Below the pieces are notes generated by a model. That model did no database searches. It saw nothing but the letters and a program-made list of their open reading frames with translations, and was not told where the DNA came from. 64,000 bases of DNA. Origin: Eledone cirrhosa. Taxonomy: Eukaryota. Positions 26,201 through 40,774 of this stretch are shown here, in pieces. The stretch lies in contig OZ024743.1 of NCBI GenBank assembly GCA_964016885.1, positions 322,276,001 through 322,340,000 on the forward strand. The letters run 5' to 3'. Each line of letters opens with the position of its first letter. Position 1 is the first letter of the stretch. The translations under genes were made by a program, and so were the position numbers.

Positions 26201-29200
26201 CCACCACTATCTGGGTCGTTAACTTGGAACTACAGTAAAACATATTACCCACATCGAACTGCGTCCTTAACTTGGAGCTACAGTAAAACACCCTTACCCA
26301 CATTGATCTGGGTACGTAACTTGGAACTACAGTAAAACATATTACTCACCTCGATCTGGGTCCTTAAATTGGAGCTACAGTAAAAGACACTTACCCACCT
26401 CGATCTGGGTCCTTAACTTGGAGCTACGATAAAACACACTTACCCACCTCGATCTGGGTCCTTAACTTGGAACTACAGTAAAGCACATTACCCACCTTGA
26501 TCCGGGTCCTTAACTTCGAGCTACAATAAAAGCGACTTACCCATTTTGATCTGGCTACTTTACTTGGTGCTAAAGTAAAACACACTTACCCACCTTGATC
26601 TGGGTTCTTAACTTGGAGCTACAGTAAAAGAAACTTACCCAGCTCGATCTGGGTCCTTAAATTGGAGCTACAGTAAAAGACACTTACCCACCTCGATCTG
26701 GGTCCTTAACTTGGAGCTACAGTAAAACACACTCACCCACCTCGATCTGGGTCCTTAACTTGGAGCTACGGTAAAACATACTTACCCACCTTGATATGGG
26801 TCCTTAACTCGGAGCTACGATAAAACACACTTATCCACCTCGATCTGGGTCCTTGACTTAGAGCTACAGTAAAACACACTTACCCACCTTGATCTGGGTC
26901 CTTAACTTGGAGCTACAGTAAAAGACAGTTACCCACCTCGATCTGGGTCCTTAACTTGGAGCTACGATAAAACACACTTACCCATCTCGATCTGGGTCCT
27001 TAACTTGGAACTACAGTAAAACATATTACCCACCTCGATCTGGGTCCTTAACTTGGAGCTACAGTAAAACACACTTACTCATCTCGATCTAGGTCCTTAA
27101 CTTGGAGCTACAGTAAAAGACACTTACCCCCCTCGATCTGGGTCCTTAACTTGGAGCTACAGTAAAAGACACTACCCACCTCGATCTGGGTCCTTAAATT
27201 GGAGCTACAGTAAAAGACACTTACCCACCTCGATCTGCCTCAATAACTTGGAGCTACAGTAAAAGACACTTAACCACCTTGATCTAGGTCCTTAACTTGG
27301 AGCTACAATAAAAGACAACTACCCCCCTCGATCTTGGTCTTTAACTTGGAGCTACAGTAAAACACACTTACGCACCTCGATCAGGGTCCTTAACTTGGAG
27401 CTAGAGTAAAACACACTTACCCAACTCGATCTTGGTCCTTAACTTGGATCTACAATAAAATGCATTAACCCACTATATGTGGGTCCATAACTTGGAGCTA
27501 CAGTAAAAGACACTTACCCACCTCGATCTGGGTCCTTAACTCGGAGCTACAGTATAAGACACTTACCCACCTCGATCTGGTTCCTTAACTTGGAGCTACA
27601 GTAAAACACACTTACCCACCTCGATCTGGGTCCTTAACTTGGAGCTAGAGTAAAACACACTTACCCACCTCTATCTGGGTCCTTAAATTGGAGCTACAGT
27701 CAAAGACACTTACCCACCTCGTCTGGGTCCTTAACTTGGAGGTAGAGTAAAACACACTTACCCACCTGGATCTGGGTCCTTAACTTGGAGCTACAGTAAA
27801 AGACAGTTACCCACCTCGATCTGGGTCCTTAACTTGGAGCTACGATAAAACACACTTACCCACCTCGATCTGGGTCCTTAACTTGGAACTACAGTAAAAC
27901 ATATTACCCACCTCGATCTGGGTCCTTAACTTGGAGCTACTGTAAATCACACTTACTCATCTCGATCTGGGTCCTTAACTTGGAGCTACAGTAAAAGACA
28001 CTTACCCACCCCGTCTGGGTCCTTAACTTGGAGCTACGATAAAACACACTTACCCACCTCGATCAGGGTCGTTAATTTGGAACTACAGTAAAACATATTA
28101 CCCACCTCGAACTGCGTCCTTAACTTGGAGCTACAGTAAAACACCCTTACCCACATTGATCTGGGTACGTAACTTGGAACTACAGTAAAACATATTACCC
28201 ACCTCGATCTGGGTCCTTAACCTGGAGGTACAATAAAAAACACTTACCCACCTCGATCTGGGTCCTTAACTTGGAGCTAGATTAAAACACAATTACCCAC
28301 CGCGATCTGGGTCCTTAACTTGGAACTACAGTAAAGCACATTACCCACCTTGATCCGGGTCCTTAACTTCGAGCTACAATAAAAGAGACTTACCCATTTT
28401 GATCTGGCTACTTTACTTGGTGCTAAAGTAAAACACACTTACCCACCTTGATCTGGGTTCTTAACTTGGAGCTACAGTAAAAGACACTTACCCAGCTTGA
28501 TCTGGGTCCTTAAATTGGAGCTACAGTAAAAGACACTTACCCACCTCGATCTGGGTCCTTAACTTGGAGCTACAGTAAAACACACTCACCCACCTCGATC
28601 TGGGTCCTTAACTTGGAGCTACGGTAAAACATACTTACCCACCTTGATATGGGTCCTTAACTCGGAGCTACGATAAAACACACTTATCCACCTCGATCTG
28701 GGTCCTTGACTTAGAGCTACAGTAAAACACACTTACCCACCTTGATCTGGGTCCTTAACTTGGAGCTACAGTAAAAGACAGTTACCCACCTCGATCTGGG
28801 TCCTTAACTTGGAGCTACGATAAAACACACTTACCCATCTCGATCTGGGTCCTTAACTTGGAACTACAGTAAAACATATTACCCACCTCGATCTGGGTCC
28901 TTAACTTGGAGCTACAGTAAAACACACTTACTCATCTCGATCTAGGTCCTTAACTTGGAGCTACAGTAAAAGACACTTACCCCCCTCGATCTGGGTCCTT
29001 AACTTGGAGCTACAGTAAAAGACACTACCCACCTCGATCTGGGTCCTTAAATTGGAGCTACAGTAAAAGACACTTACCCACCTCGTCTGGGTCCTTAACT
29101 TGGAGGTAGAGTAAAACACACTTACCCACCTGGATCTGGGTCCTTAACTTGGAGCTACAGTAAAAGACAGTTACCCACCTCGATCTGGGTCCTTAACTTG

Positions 29201-32200
29201 GAGCTACGATAAAACACACTTACCCACCTCGATCTGGGTCCTTAACTTGGAACTACAGTAAAACATATTACCCACCTCGATCTGGGTCCTTAACTTGGAG
29301 CTACTGTAAAACACACTTACTCATCTCGATCTGGGTCCTTAACTTGGAGCTACAGTAAAAGACACTTACCCACCTCGTCTGGGTCCTTAACTTGGAGCTA
29401 CGATAAAACACACTTACCCACCTCGATCAGGGTCGTTAATTTGGAACTACAGTAAAACATATTACCCACCTCGAACTGCGTCCTTAACTTGGAGCTACAG
29501 TAAAAGACACTTACCCACCTAGATCTGGGTCCTTAACTTGGAGCTACAGTAAAACACCCTTACCCACATTGATCTGGGTACGTAACTTGGAACTACAGTA
29601 AAACATATTACCCACCTCGATCTGGGTCCTTAACCTGGAGGTACAATAAAAAACACTTACCCACCTCGATCTGGGTCCTTAACATGGAGCTACAGTAAAA
29701 CACACTTACCCACCTCGATCTGGGTCCTTAACTTGGAGCTAGAGTAAAACACAATTACCCACCGCGATCTGGGTCCTTAACTTGGAGCTACGATAAAACA
29801 CACTTACCCACCTCGATCTGGGTCCTTAACTTGGAGCTACAGTAAAACACACTCACCCAACTCGATCTTGGTCCTTAACTTGGATCTACAATAAAATGCA
29901 CTTACCCAGTTGTATCTGGGTCCATAACTTGGAGCTACAGTAAAAGACACTTACCCACCTTGATCTGGGTCCTTAACTTGGAGCTACAGTATAAGACACT
30001 TACCCACCTCGATCTGGTTCCTTAACTTGGAGCTACAGTAAAACACACTTACCCACCTCGATCTGGGTCCTTAACTTGGAGCTAGAGTAAAACACACTTA
30101 CCCACCTCGATCTGGGTCCTTAACTTGGAGCTACAGTAAAACACACTTACCCACCTCGTCTGGGTCCTTAACTTGGAGCTACAGTAAAACACACTTACCC
30201 ACCTTGATCTGGGTCCTTAAATTGGAGCTAGAGTAAAAGACAGTTACCCACCTCGATCTGGGTCCTTAACTAGGATCTACGATAAAACACACTTACCCAC
30301 CTCGATCTGGGTCCTTAACTTGGAACTACAGTAAAACATATTACCCACCCTGATCTGGGTCCTTAACTTGGAGCTACTGTAAAACACACTTACTCATCTC
30401 GATCTGGGTCCTTAACTTGGAGCTACAGTAAAAGACACTTACCCACCTCGTCTGGGTCCTTAACTTGGAGCTACAGTAAAAGACACTTACGCACCTCGTC
30501 TGGGTCCTTAACTTGGAGCTACAGTAAAAGACACTTACCCACCTCGATCTGGGTCCTTAACTTGGAGCTACGATAAAACACACTTACCCACCTCGATCAG
30601 GGTCGTTAACTTGGAACTACAGTAAAACATATTACCCACCTCGAACTGGGTCCTTAACTTGGAGCTACAGTAAAACACCCTTACCCACATTGATCTGGGT
30701 ACGTAACTTTGAACTACAGTAAAACATATTACCCACCTTGATCTGGGTCCTTAACATGGAGCTACAGTAAAACACACTTACCCACCTCGATCTGGGTCCT
30801 TAACTCGGAGCTAGAGTAAAACACACTTTCCCACCGCGATCTGGGTCCTTAACTTGGAGCTACGATAAAACACACTTACCCACCTCTATCTGGGTCGTTA
30901 ACTTGGAACTACAGTAAAACATATTACCCACATCGAACTGCGTCCTTAACTTGGAGCTACAGTAAAACATCCTTACCCACATTGATCTGTGTACGTAACT
31001 TGGAACTACAGTAAAACATATTACCCACATCGATCTGGGTCCTTAAATTGGAGCTACAGTAAAAGACACTTACCCACCTCGATCTGGGTCCTTAACTTCG
31101 AGCTACGATAAAACACACTTACCCAGCTCGATCTGGGTCCTTAAATTGGAGCTACAGTAAAAGACACTTACCCACCTCGATCTGGGTCCTTAACTTGGAG
31201 CTACAGTAAAACACACTCACCCACCTCGATCTGGGTCCTTAACTTGGAGCTACGGTAAAACATACTTACCCACCTTGATATGGGTCCTTAACTCGGAGCT
31301 ACGATAAAACACACTTATCCACCTCGATCTGGGTCCTTGACTTAGAGCTACAGTAAAACACACTTACCCACCTTGATCTGGGTCCTTAACTTGGAACTAC
31401 AGTAAAACATATTACCCACCTCGATCTGGGTCCTTAACTTGGAGCTACAGTAAAACACACTTACTCATCTCGATCTAGGTCCTTAACTTGGAGCTACAGT
31501 AAAAGACACTTACCCCCCTCGATCTGGGTCCTTAACTTGGAGCTACAGTAAAAGACACTACCCACCTCGATCTGGGTCCTTAAATTGGAGCTACAGTAAA
31601 AGACACTTACCCACCATTATCTGGATTCTTAACCTGGAGCTACCGTAAAAGACACTTAACCACCTTGATCTAGGTCCTTAACTTGGAGCTACAATAAAAG
31701 ACAACTACCCCCCTCGATCTTGGTCTTTAACTTGGAGCTACAGTAAAACACACTTACGCACCTCGATCAGGGTCCTTAACTTGGAGCTAGAGTAAAACAC
31801 ACTTACCCAACTCGATCTTGGTCCTTAACTTGGATCTACAATAAAATGCATTAACCCACTATATGTGGGTCCATAACTTGGAGCTACAGTAAAAGACACT
31901 TACCCACCTCGATCTGGGTCCTTAACTCGGAGCTACAGTATAAGACACTTACCCACCTCGATCTGGTTCCTTAACTTGGAGCTACAGTAAAACACACTTA
32001 CCCACCTCGATCTGGGTCCTTAACTTGGAGCTAGAGTAAAACACACTTACCCACCTCGATCTGGGTCCTTAACTTGGAGCTACAGTAAAAGACACTTACC
32101 CACCTCGTCTGGGTCCTTAACTTGGAGCTACAGTAAAACACACTTACCCACCTTGATCTGGGTCCTTAACTTGGAGGTAGAGTAAAACACACTTACCCAC

Positions 32201-35200
32201 CTGGATCTGGGTCCTTAACTTGGAGCTACAGTAAAAGACAGTTACCCACCTCGATCTGGGTCCTTAACTTGGAGCTACGATAAAACACACTTACCCACCT
32301 CGATCTGGGTCCTTAACTTGGAACTACAGTAAAACATATTACCCACCTCGATCTGGGTCCTTAACTTGGAACTACTGTAAAACACACTTACTCATCTCGA
32401 TCTGGGTCCTTAACTTGGAGCTACAGTAAAAGACACTTACCCACCTCGTCTGGGTCCTTAACTTGGAGCTACGATAAAACACACTTACCCACCTCGATCA
32501 GGGTCGTTAATTTGGAACTACAGTAAAACATATTACCCACCTCGAACTGGGTCCTTAACTTGGAGCTACAGTAAAACACACTTACTCACCTCGATCTGAG
32601 TCCTTAACTTGGAGCTACAGTAAAAGACACTTACCCACCTCGATCTGGGTCCTTAACTTGGAGCTACAGTAAAACACCCTTACCCACATTGATCTGGGTA
32701 CGTAACTTGGAACTACAGTAAAACATATTACCCACCTCGATCTGGGTCCTTAACCTGGAGGTACAATAAAAACCACTTACCCACCTCGATCTGGGTCCTT
32801 AACATGGAGCTACAGTAAAACACACTTACCCACCTCGATCTGGGTCCTTAACTTGGAGCTAGAGTAAAACACAATTACCCACCGCGATCTGGGTCCTTAA
32901 CTTGGAGCTACGATAAAACACACTTACCCACCTCGATCTGGGTCCTTAACTTGGAACTACAGTAAAGCACATTACCCACCTTGATCCGGGTCCTTAACTT
33001 CGAGCTACAATAAAAGAGACTTACCCATTTTGATCTGGCTACTTTACTTGGTGCTAAAGTAAAACACACTTACCCACCTTGATCTGGGTACGTAACTTGG
33101 AACTACAGTAAAACATATTACCCACCTCGATCTGGGTCCTTAAATTGGAGCTACAGTAAAAGACACTTACCCACCTCGATCTGGGACCTTAACTTGGAGC
33201 TACAGTAAAACACACTCACCCACCTTGATCTGGGTCCTTAACTTGGAGCTACAGTAAAGACACTACCCACCTCGATCTGGGTCCTTTACATGGAGCTACA
33301 GTAAAAGACACTTACCCACCATTATCTGGTTCCTTAACTTGGAGCTACAGTAAAACACACTTACCCACCTCGATCTGGGTCCTTAACTTGGAGCTACAGT
33401 AAAACACACTTACCCAACTCGATCTTGGTCCTTAACTTGGATCTACAATAAAATGCACTTACCCACTTGTATCTGGGTCCATAACTTGGAGCTACAGTAA
33501 AAGACACTTACCCACCTTGATCTGGGTCCTTAACTTGGAGCTACAGTATAAGACACTTACCCACCTCGATCTGGTTCCTTAACTTGGAGCTACAGTAAAA
33601 CACACTTACCCACCTCGATCTGGGTCCTTAACTTGGAGCTAGAGTAAAACACACTTACCCACCTCGATCTGGGTCCTTAACTTGGAGCTACAGTAAAAGA
33701 CACTTACCCACCTCGTCTGGGTCCTTAACTTGGAGCTACAGTAAAACACACTTACCCACCTTGATCTGGGTCCTTAACTTGGAACTAGAGTAAAAGACAG
33801 TTACCCACCTCGATCTGGGTCCTTAACTAGGATCTACGATAAAACACACTTACCCACCTCGATCTGGGTCCTTAACTTGGAACTACAGTAAAACATATTA
33901 CCCACCCTGATCTGGGTCCTTAACTTGGAGCTACTGTAAAACACACTTACTCATCTCGATCTGGGTCCTTAACTTGGAGCTACAGTAAAAGACACTTACC
34001 CACCTCGTCTGGGTCCTTAACTTGGAGCTACAGTAAAAGACACTTACCCACCTCGTCTGGGTCCTTAACTTGGAGCTACAGTAAAAGACACTTACCCACC
34101 TCGAACTGGGTCCTTAACTTGGAGCTACGATAAAACACACTTACCCACCTCGATCAGGGTCGTTAACTTGGAACTACAGTAAAACATATTACCCACCTCG
34201 AACTGGGTCCTTAACTTGGAGCTACAGTAAAACACACTTACTCACCTCGATCTGGGTCCTTAACTTGGAGCTACAGTAAAAGACACGTACCCACCTCGAA
34301 CTGGGTCCTTAACTTGGAGCTACAGTAAAAGACACTTACCCACCTTGATCTGGGTCCTTAACTTGGAGCTACAGTAAAAGACACTTACCCACCTCGCTCT
34401 GGGTCCTTAACTTGGAGCTACAGTAAAACACCCTTACCCACATTGATCTGGATACGTAACTTTGAACTACAGTAAAACATATTACCCACCTCGATCTGGG
34501 TCCTTAACATGGAGCTACAGTAAAACACACTTACCCACCTCGATCTGGGTCCTTAACTCGGAGCTAGAGTAAAACACACTTTCCCACCGCGATATGGGTC
34601 CTTAACTTGGAGCTACGATAAAACACACTTACCCACCTCTATCTGGGTCGTTAACTTGGAACTACAGTAAAACATATTACCCACATCGAACTGCGTCCTT
34701 AACTTGGAGCTACAGTAAAACATCCTTACCCACATTGATCTGTGTACGTAACTTGGAACTACAGTAAAACATATTACCCACATCGATCTGGGTCCTTAAA
34801 TTGGAGCTACAGTAAAAGACACTTACCCACCTCGATCTGGGTCCTTAACTTCGAGCTACGATAAAACACACTTACCCACCTCGATCTGGGTCCTTAACTT
34901 GGAACTACAGTAAAGCCCATTACCCACCTTGATCCGGGTCCTTAACTACGAGCTACAATAAAAGAGACTTACCCATTTTGATCTGGCTACTTTACTTGGT
35001 GGTAAAGTAAAACACACTTACCCACCTTGATCTGGGTACGTAACTTGGAACTACAGTAAAACATATTACCCACCTCGATCTGGGTCCTTAAATTGGAGCT
35101 ACAGTAAAAGACACTTACCCACCTCGATCTGGGACCTTAACTTGGAGCTACAGTAAAACACACTCACCCACCTTGATCTGGGTCCTTAACTTGGAGCTAC

Positions 35201-38200
35201 AGTAAAGACACTACCCACCTCGATCTGGGTTCTTTACATGGAGCTACAGTAAAAGACACTTACCCACCATTATCTGGTTCCTTAACTTGGAGCTACAGTA
35301 AAACACACTTACCCACCTCGATCTGGGTCCTTAATTTGGAGCTAGAGTAAAAGACACTTACCCTCCTCGTCTGTGTCCTTAACTTGGAGCTACAGTAAAA
35401 CACACTTACCAACCTCGATCTGGGTCCTTAACTTGGAACTACAGTAAAACATATTATCCACCTCGATCTGGGTCCTTAACTTGGAGCTACTGTAAAACAC
35501 ACTTACTCATCTCGATCTGGGTCCTGAACTTGGAGCTACAGTAAAAGACACTTACCCACCTCGTCTGGGTCCTTAACTTGGAGCTACAGTAAAACACACT
35601 TACCCACCTCGATCTGGGTCCTTAACTTGGAGCTACGATGAAACACACTTACCCACCACTATCTGGGTCGTTAACTTGGAACTACAGTAGAACATATTAC
35701 CCACATCGAACTGCGTCCTTAACTTGGAGCTACAGTAAAACACACTTACTCACCTCGATCTGGGTCCTTAACTTGGAGCTACAGTAAAAGACACATACCC
35801 ACCTCGATCTGGGTCCTTAACTTGGAGCTACAGTAAAAGACACTTACCCACCTTGATCTGGGTCCTTAACTTGGAGCTACAGTAAAAGACACTTACCCAC
35901 CTCGCTCTGGGTCCTTAACTTGGAGCTACAGTAAAACACCCTTACCCACAATGATCTGGGTACGTAACTTGGAACTACAGTAAAACATATTACCCACCTT
36001 GATCTGGGTCCTTAACATGGAGGTACAATAAAACACACTTACCCACCTTGATCTGGGTCCTTAACATGGGGCTACAGTAAAACACACTTACCCACCTCGA
36101 TCTGGGTCCTTAACTTGGAGCTAGAGTAAAGACACTTACCCACCGCGATCTGGGTCCTTAACTTGGAGCTACGATAAAACACACTTACCCACCTCTATCT
36201 GGGTCGTTAACTTGGAACTGCAGTAAAACATATTACCCACATCGAACTGCGTCCTTAACTTGGAGCTACAGTAAAACACCCTTACCCACATTGATCTGGG
36301 TACGTATCTTGGAACTACAGTAAAACATATTACTCACCTCGATCTGGGTCCTTAAATTGGAGCTACAGTAAAAGACACTTACCCACCTCGATCTGGGTCC
36401 TTAACTTGGACCTACGATAAAACACACTTACCCACCTCGATCTGGGTCCTTAACTTGGAACTACAGTAAAAGACACTTACCCAGTTCGATCTGGGTCCTT
36501 AAATTGGAGCTACAGTAAAAGACACTTACCCACCTCGATCTGGGTCCTTAACTTGGAGCTACAGTAAAACACACTCACCCACCTCGATCTGGGTCCTTAA
36601 CTTGGAGCTACGGTAAAACATACTTACCCACCTTGATATGGGTCCTTAACTCGGAGCTACGATAAAACACACTTACCCACCTTGATCTGGGTCCTTAACT
36701 TGGAGCTACAGTAAAAGACAGTTACCCACCTCGATCTGGGTCCTTAACTTGGAGCTACGATAAAACACACTTACCCATCTCGATCTGGCTCCTTAACTTG
36801 GAACTACAGTAAAACATATTACCCACCTTGATCTGGGTCCTTAACTTGGAGCTACAGTAAAACACACTTACTCATCTCCATCTAGGTCCTTAACTTGGAG
36901 CTACAGTAAAAGACACTTACCCCCCTCGATCTGGGTCCTTAAATTGGAGCTACAGTAAAAGACACTACCCACCTCGATCTGGGTCCTTAAATTGGAGCTA
37001 CAGTAAAAGACACTTACCCACCTCGATCTGCCTCAATAACTTGGAGCTACAGTAAAAGACACTTACCCACCATTATCTGGATTCTTAACTTGGAGCTACC
37101 GTAAAAGACACTTAACCACCTTGATCTAGGTCCTTAACTTGGAGCTACAATAAAAGACAACTACCCCCCTCGATCTTGGTCTTTAACTTGGAGCTACAGT
37201 AAAACACACTTACGCACCTCGATCAGGGTCCTTAACTTGGAGCTAGAGTAAAACACACTTACCCAACTCGATCTTGGTCCTTAACTTGGATCTACAATAA
37301 AATGCATTAACCCACTATATGTGGGTCCATAACTTGGAGCTACAGTAAAAGACACTTACCCACCTTGATCTGGGTCCTTAACTCGGAGCTACAGTATAAG
37401 ACACTTACCCACCTCGATCTAGTTCCTTAACTTGGAGCTACAGTAAAACACACTTACCCACCTCGATCTGGGTCCTTAACTTGGAGCTAGAGTAAAACAC
37501 ACTTACCCACCTCGATCTGGATCCTTAACTTGGAGCTACAGTAAAAGACACTTACCCACCTCGTCTGGGTCCTTAACTTGGAGCTACAGTAAAACACACT
37601 TACCCACCTTGATCTGGGTCCTTAACTTGGAGGTAGAGTAAAACACACTTACCCACCTGGATCTGGGTCCTTAACTTGGAGCTACAGTAAAAGACAGTTA
37701 CCCACCTCGATCTGGGTCCTTAACTTGGAGCTACGATAAAACACACTTACCCACCTCGATCTGGGTCCTTAACTTGGAACTACAGTAAAACATATTACCC
37801 ACCTCGATCTGGGTCCTTAACTTGGAGCTACTGTAAAACACACTTACTCATCTCGATCTGGGTCCTTAACTTGGAGCTACAGTAAAAGACACTTACCCAC
37901 CTCGTCTGGGTCCTTAACTTGGAGCTACGATAAAACACACTTACCCACCTCGATCAGGGTCGTTAATTTGGAACTACAGTAAAACATATTACCCACCTCG
38001 AACTGGATCCTTAAATTGGAGCTACCGTAAAACCCACTTACTCACCTCGATCTGAGTCCTTAACTTGGAGCTACAGTAAAAGACACTTACCCACCTCGAT
38101 CTGGGTCCTTAACTTGGAGCTACAGTAAAACACCCTTACCCACATTGATCTGGGTACGTAACTTGGAACTACAGTAAAACATATTACCCACCTCGATCTG

Positions 38201-38640
38201 GGTCCTTAACCTGGAGGTACAATAAAAAACACTTACCCACCTCGATCTGGGTCCTTAACATGGAGCTACAGTAAAACACACTTACCCACCTCGATCTGGG
38301 TCCTTAACTTGGAGCTAGAGTAAAACACAATTCCCCACCGCGATCTGGGTCCTTAACTTGGAGCTACGACAAAACACACTTACCCACCTCGATCTGGGTC
38401 CTTAACTTGGAACTACAGTAAAGCACATTACCCACCTTGATCCGGGTCCTTAACTTCGAGCTACAATAAAAGAGACTTACCCATTTTGATCTGGCTACTT
38501 TACTTGGTGCTAAAGTAAAACACACTTACCCACCTTGATCTGGGTTCTTAACCTGGAGCTACAGTAAAAGACACTTACCCAGCTCGATCTGGGTCCTTAA
38601 ATTGGAGCTACAGTAAAACATACTTACCCACCTTGATATG
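23300..38640. repeat. Non-adjacent or mosaic duplication: about 23.3-28.5 kb resembles about 32.9-38.6 kb, with a patchwork of the same blocks in between
   Basis: ccctcctcgtctgtgtcc at 25373/35361 (offset 9988), aacatggggctacag at 26076/36063 (9987), tgcattaacccactatatgtggg at 27461, 31847 and 37303. The offset drifts because blocks of whole monomers are gained or lost. Confidence 0.75.
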
Positions 38641-40774
38641 GGTCCTTAACTTGGAGCTACGGTAAAACACACTCATCCACCTCGATCTGGGTCCTTAACT
38701 TGGAACTACAGTAAAACATATTACCCACCTCGACCTGGGTCCTTGACTTAGTGCTACAGTAAAACACCCTTACCCACATTGATCTGGATTCTTAACTTTG
38801 AGCAACCGTAAAAGACGCTTACGCACCTTGATCTGGGTCCTTAACTTGGAGCTACAGTAAAAGACACTTAACCACCTTGATCTAGGTCCTTTACTTGGAG
38901 CTACAGTAAAAGACAACTACCCCCCTCGATCTTGGTCTTTAACTTGGAGCTACTGTAAAACACCCTTACGCACCTCGATCAGGGTCCTTAACTTGGAGCT
39001 AGAGTAAAACACACTTACCCAACTCGATCTTAGTCTTTAACTTGCATCTACAATAAAATGCACTTACCCACTATATGTGGGTCCATAACTTGGAGCTACA
39101 GTAAAAGACACTTACCCACCTCGATCTGGGTCCTTAACTTGGAGCTACAGTATAAGACACTTACCCACCTCGATCTGGTTCCTTAACTTGGAGCTACAGT
39201 AAAACACAATTACCCACCTCGATCTGGGTCCTTAACTTGGAGCTAGAGTAAAACACACTTACCCACCTCGATCTGGGTCCTTAACTTGGAGCTACAGTAA
39301 AAGACCCTTACCCACCTCGTCTGGGTCCTTAACTTGGAGCTACGATAAAACACACTTACCCACCTTGATCTGGGTCGTTAATTTGGAACTACAGTAAAAC
39401 ATATTACCCACCTCGAACTGGGTCCTTAACTTGGAGCTACAGTAAAACACACTTACTCACCTCGATCTGGGTCCTTAACTTGGAGCTACAGTAAAAGACA
39501 CTTACCCACCTTGATCTGGGTCCTTAACTTGCAGCTACAGTAAAAGACACTTACCAACCTTGATCTGGGTCCTTAACTTGGAGCTACAGTAAAAGACACT
39601 TACCCACCTCGCTCTGTGTCCTTAACTTGGAGCTACAGTAAAACACCCTTACCCACATTGATCTGGGTACGTAACTTGGAACTACACTAAAACATATTAC
39701 CCACCTCGATCTGGGTCCTTAACCTGGAGGTACAATAAAACACACTTACCCACCTTGATCTGGGTCCTTAACATGGAGCTACAGTAAAACACACTTACCC
39801 ACCTCGATCTGGGTCCTTAACTTGGAGCTAGAGTAAAACACACTTACCCACCGCGATCTGGGTCCTTAACATGGAGCTACAGTAAAAGACACTTACCCAC
39901 CTCGATCTGCCTCCATAACTTGGAGCTACAGTAAAAGACACTTACCCACCATTATCTGGATTCTTAACTTGGAGCTACCGTAAAAGACACTTACCCACTT
40001 GATCTGGGTCCTTAACTTGGAGCTACAGTAAAACACCCTTACCCACATTGATCTGGGTACGTAACTTGGAACTACAGTAAAACATATTACCCACCTCGAT
40101 CTGGGTTCTGAAATTGGAGCTACAGTAAAATACACTTACCCACCTCGATGTGGGGCCTTAACTTGGAGCTACAGTGAAACCCACTCACCCACCTCGATCT
40201 GGGTCCTTAACTTGGAGCTACAGTAAAAGACACTACCCACCTCGATCTGGGTCCATAACATGGAGCTACAGTAAAAGACACTTACCCACATCGATCTGCC
40301 TCCATAACTTGGAGCTACAGTAAAAGACACTTACCCACCATTATCTGGATTCTTAACTTGGAGCTACCGTAAAAGACACTTACCCACTTGATCTGGGTCC
40401 TTAACTTGGAACTACAGTAAAAGACACTTAACCACCTTGATCTACGTCCTTAACTTGGAGCTACAGTAAAAGACAACTACCCCCCTCGATCTTGGTCTTT
40501 AACTTGGAGCTACAGTAAAACACACTTAAGCACCTCGATCAGGGTCCTTAACTTGGAGCTAGAGTAAAACACACTTACCCAACCTGATCTTGGTCCTTAA
40601 CTTGGATCTACAATAAAATGCACTTGCCCACTACTATCTGGGTCCATAACTTGGAGCTACAGTAAAAGACACTTACCCACCTTGATCTGGGTCCTTAACT
40701 TGGAGCTACAGTATAAGACACTTACCCACCTCGATCTGGTTCCTTAACTTGGAGCTACAGTAAAACACACTTAC

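Noticed and set aside
39926-40135. 69-aa - strand ORF
   Set aside because: It cycles through the three reading frames of the monomer, with no domain or gene context.
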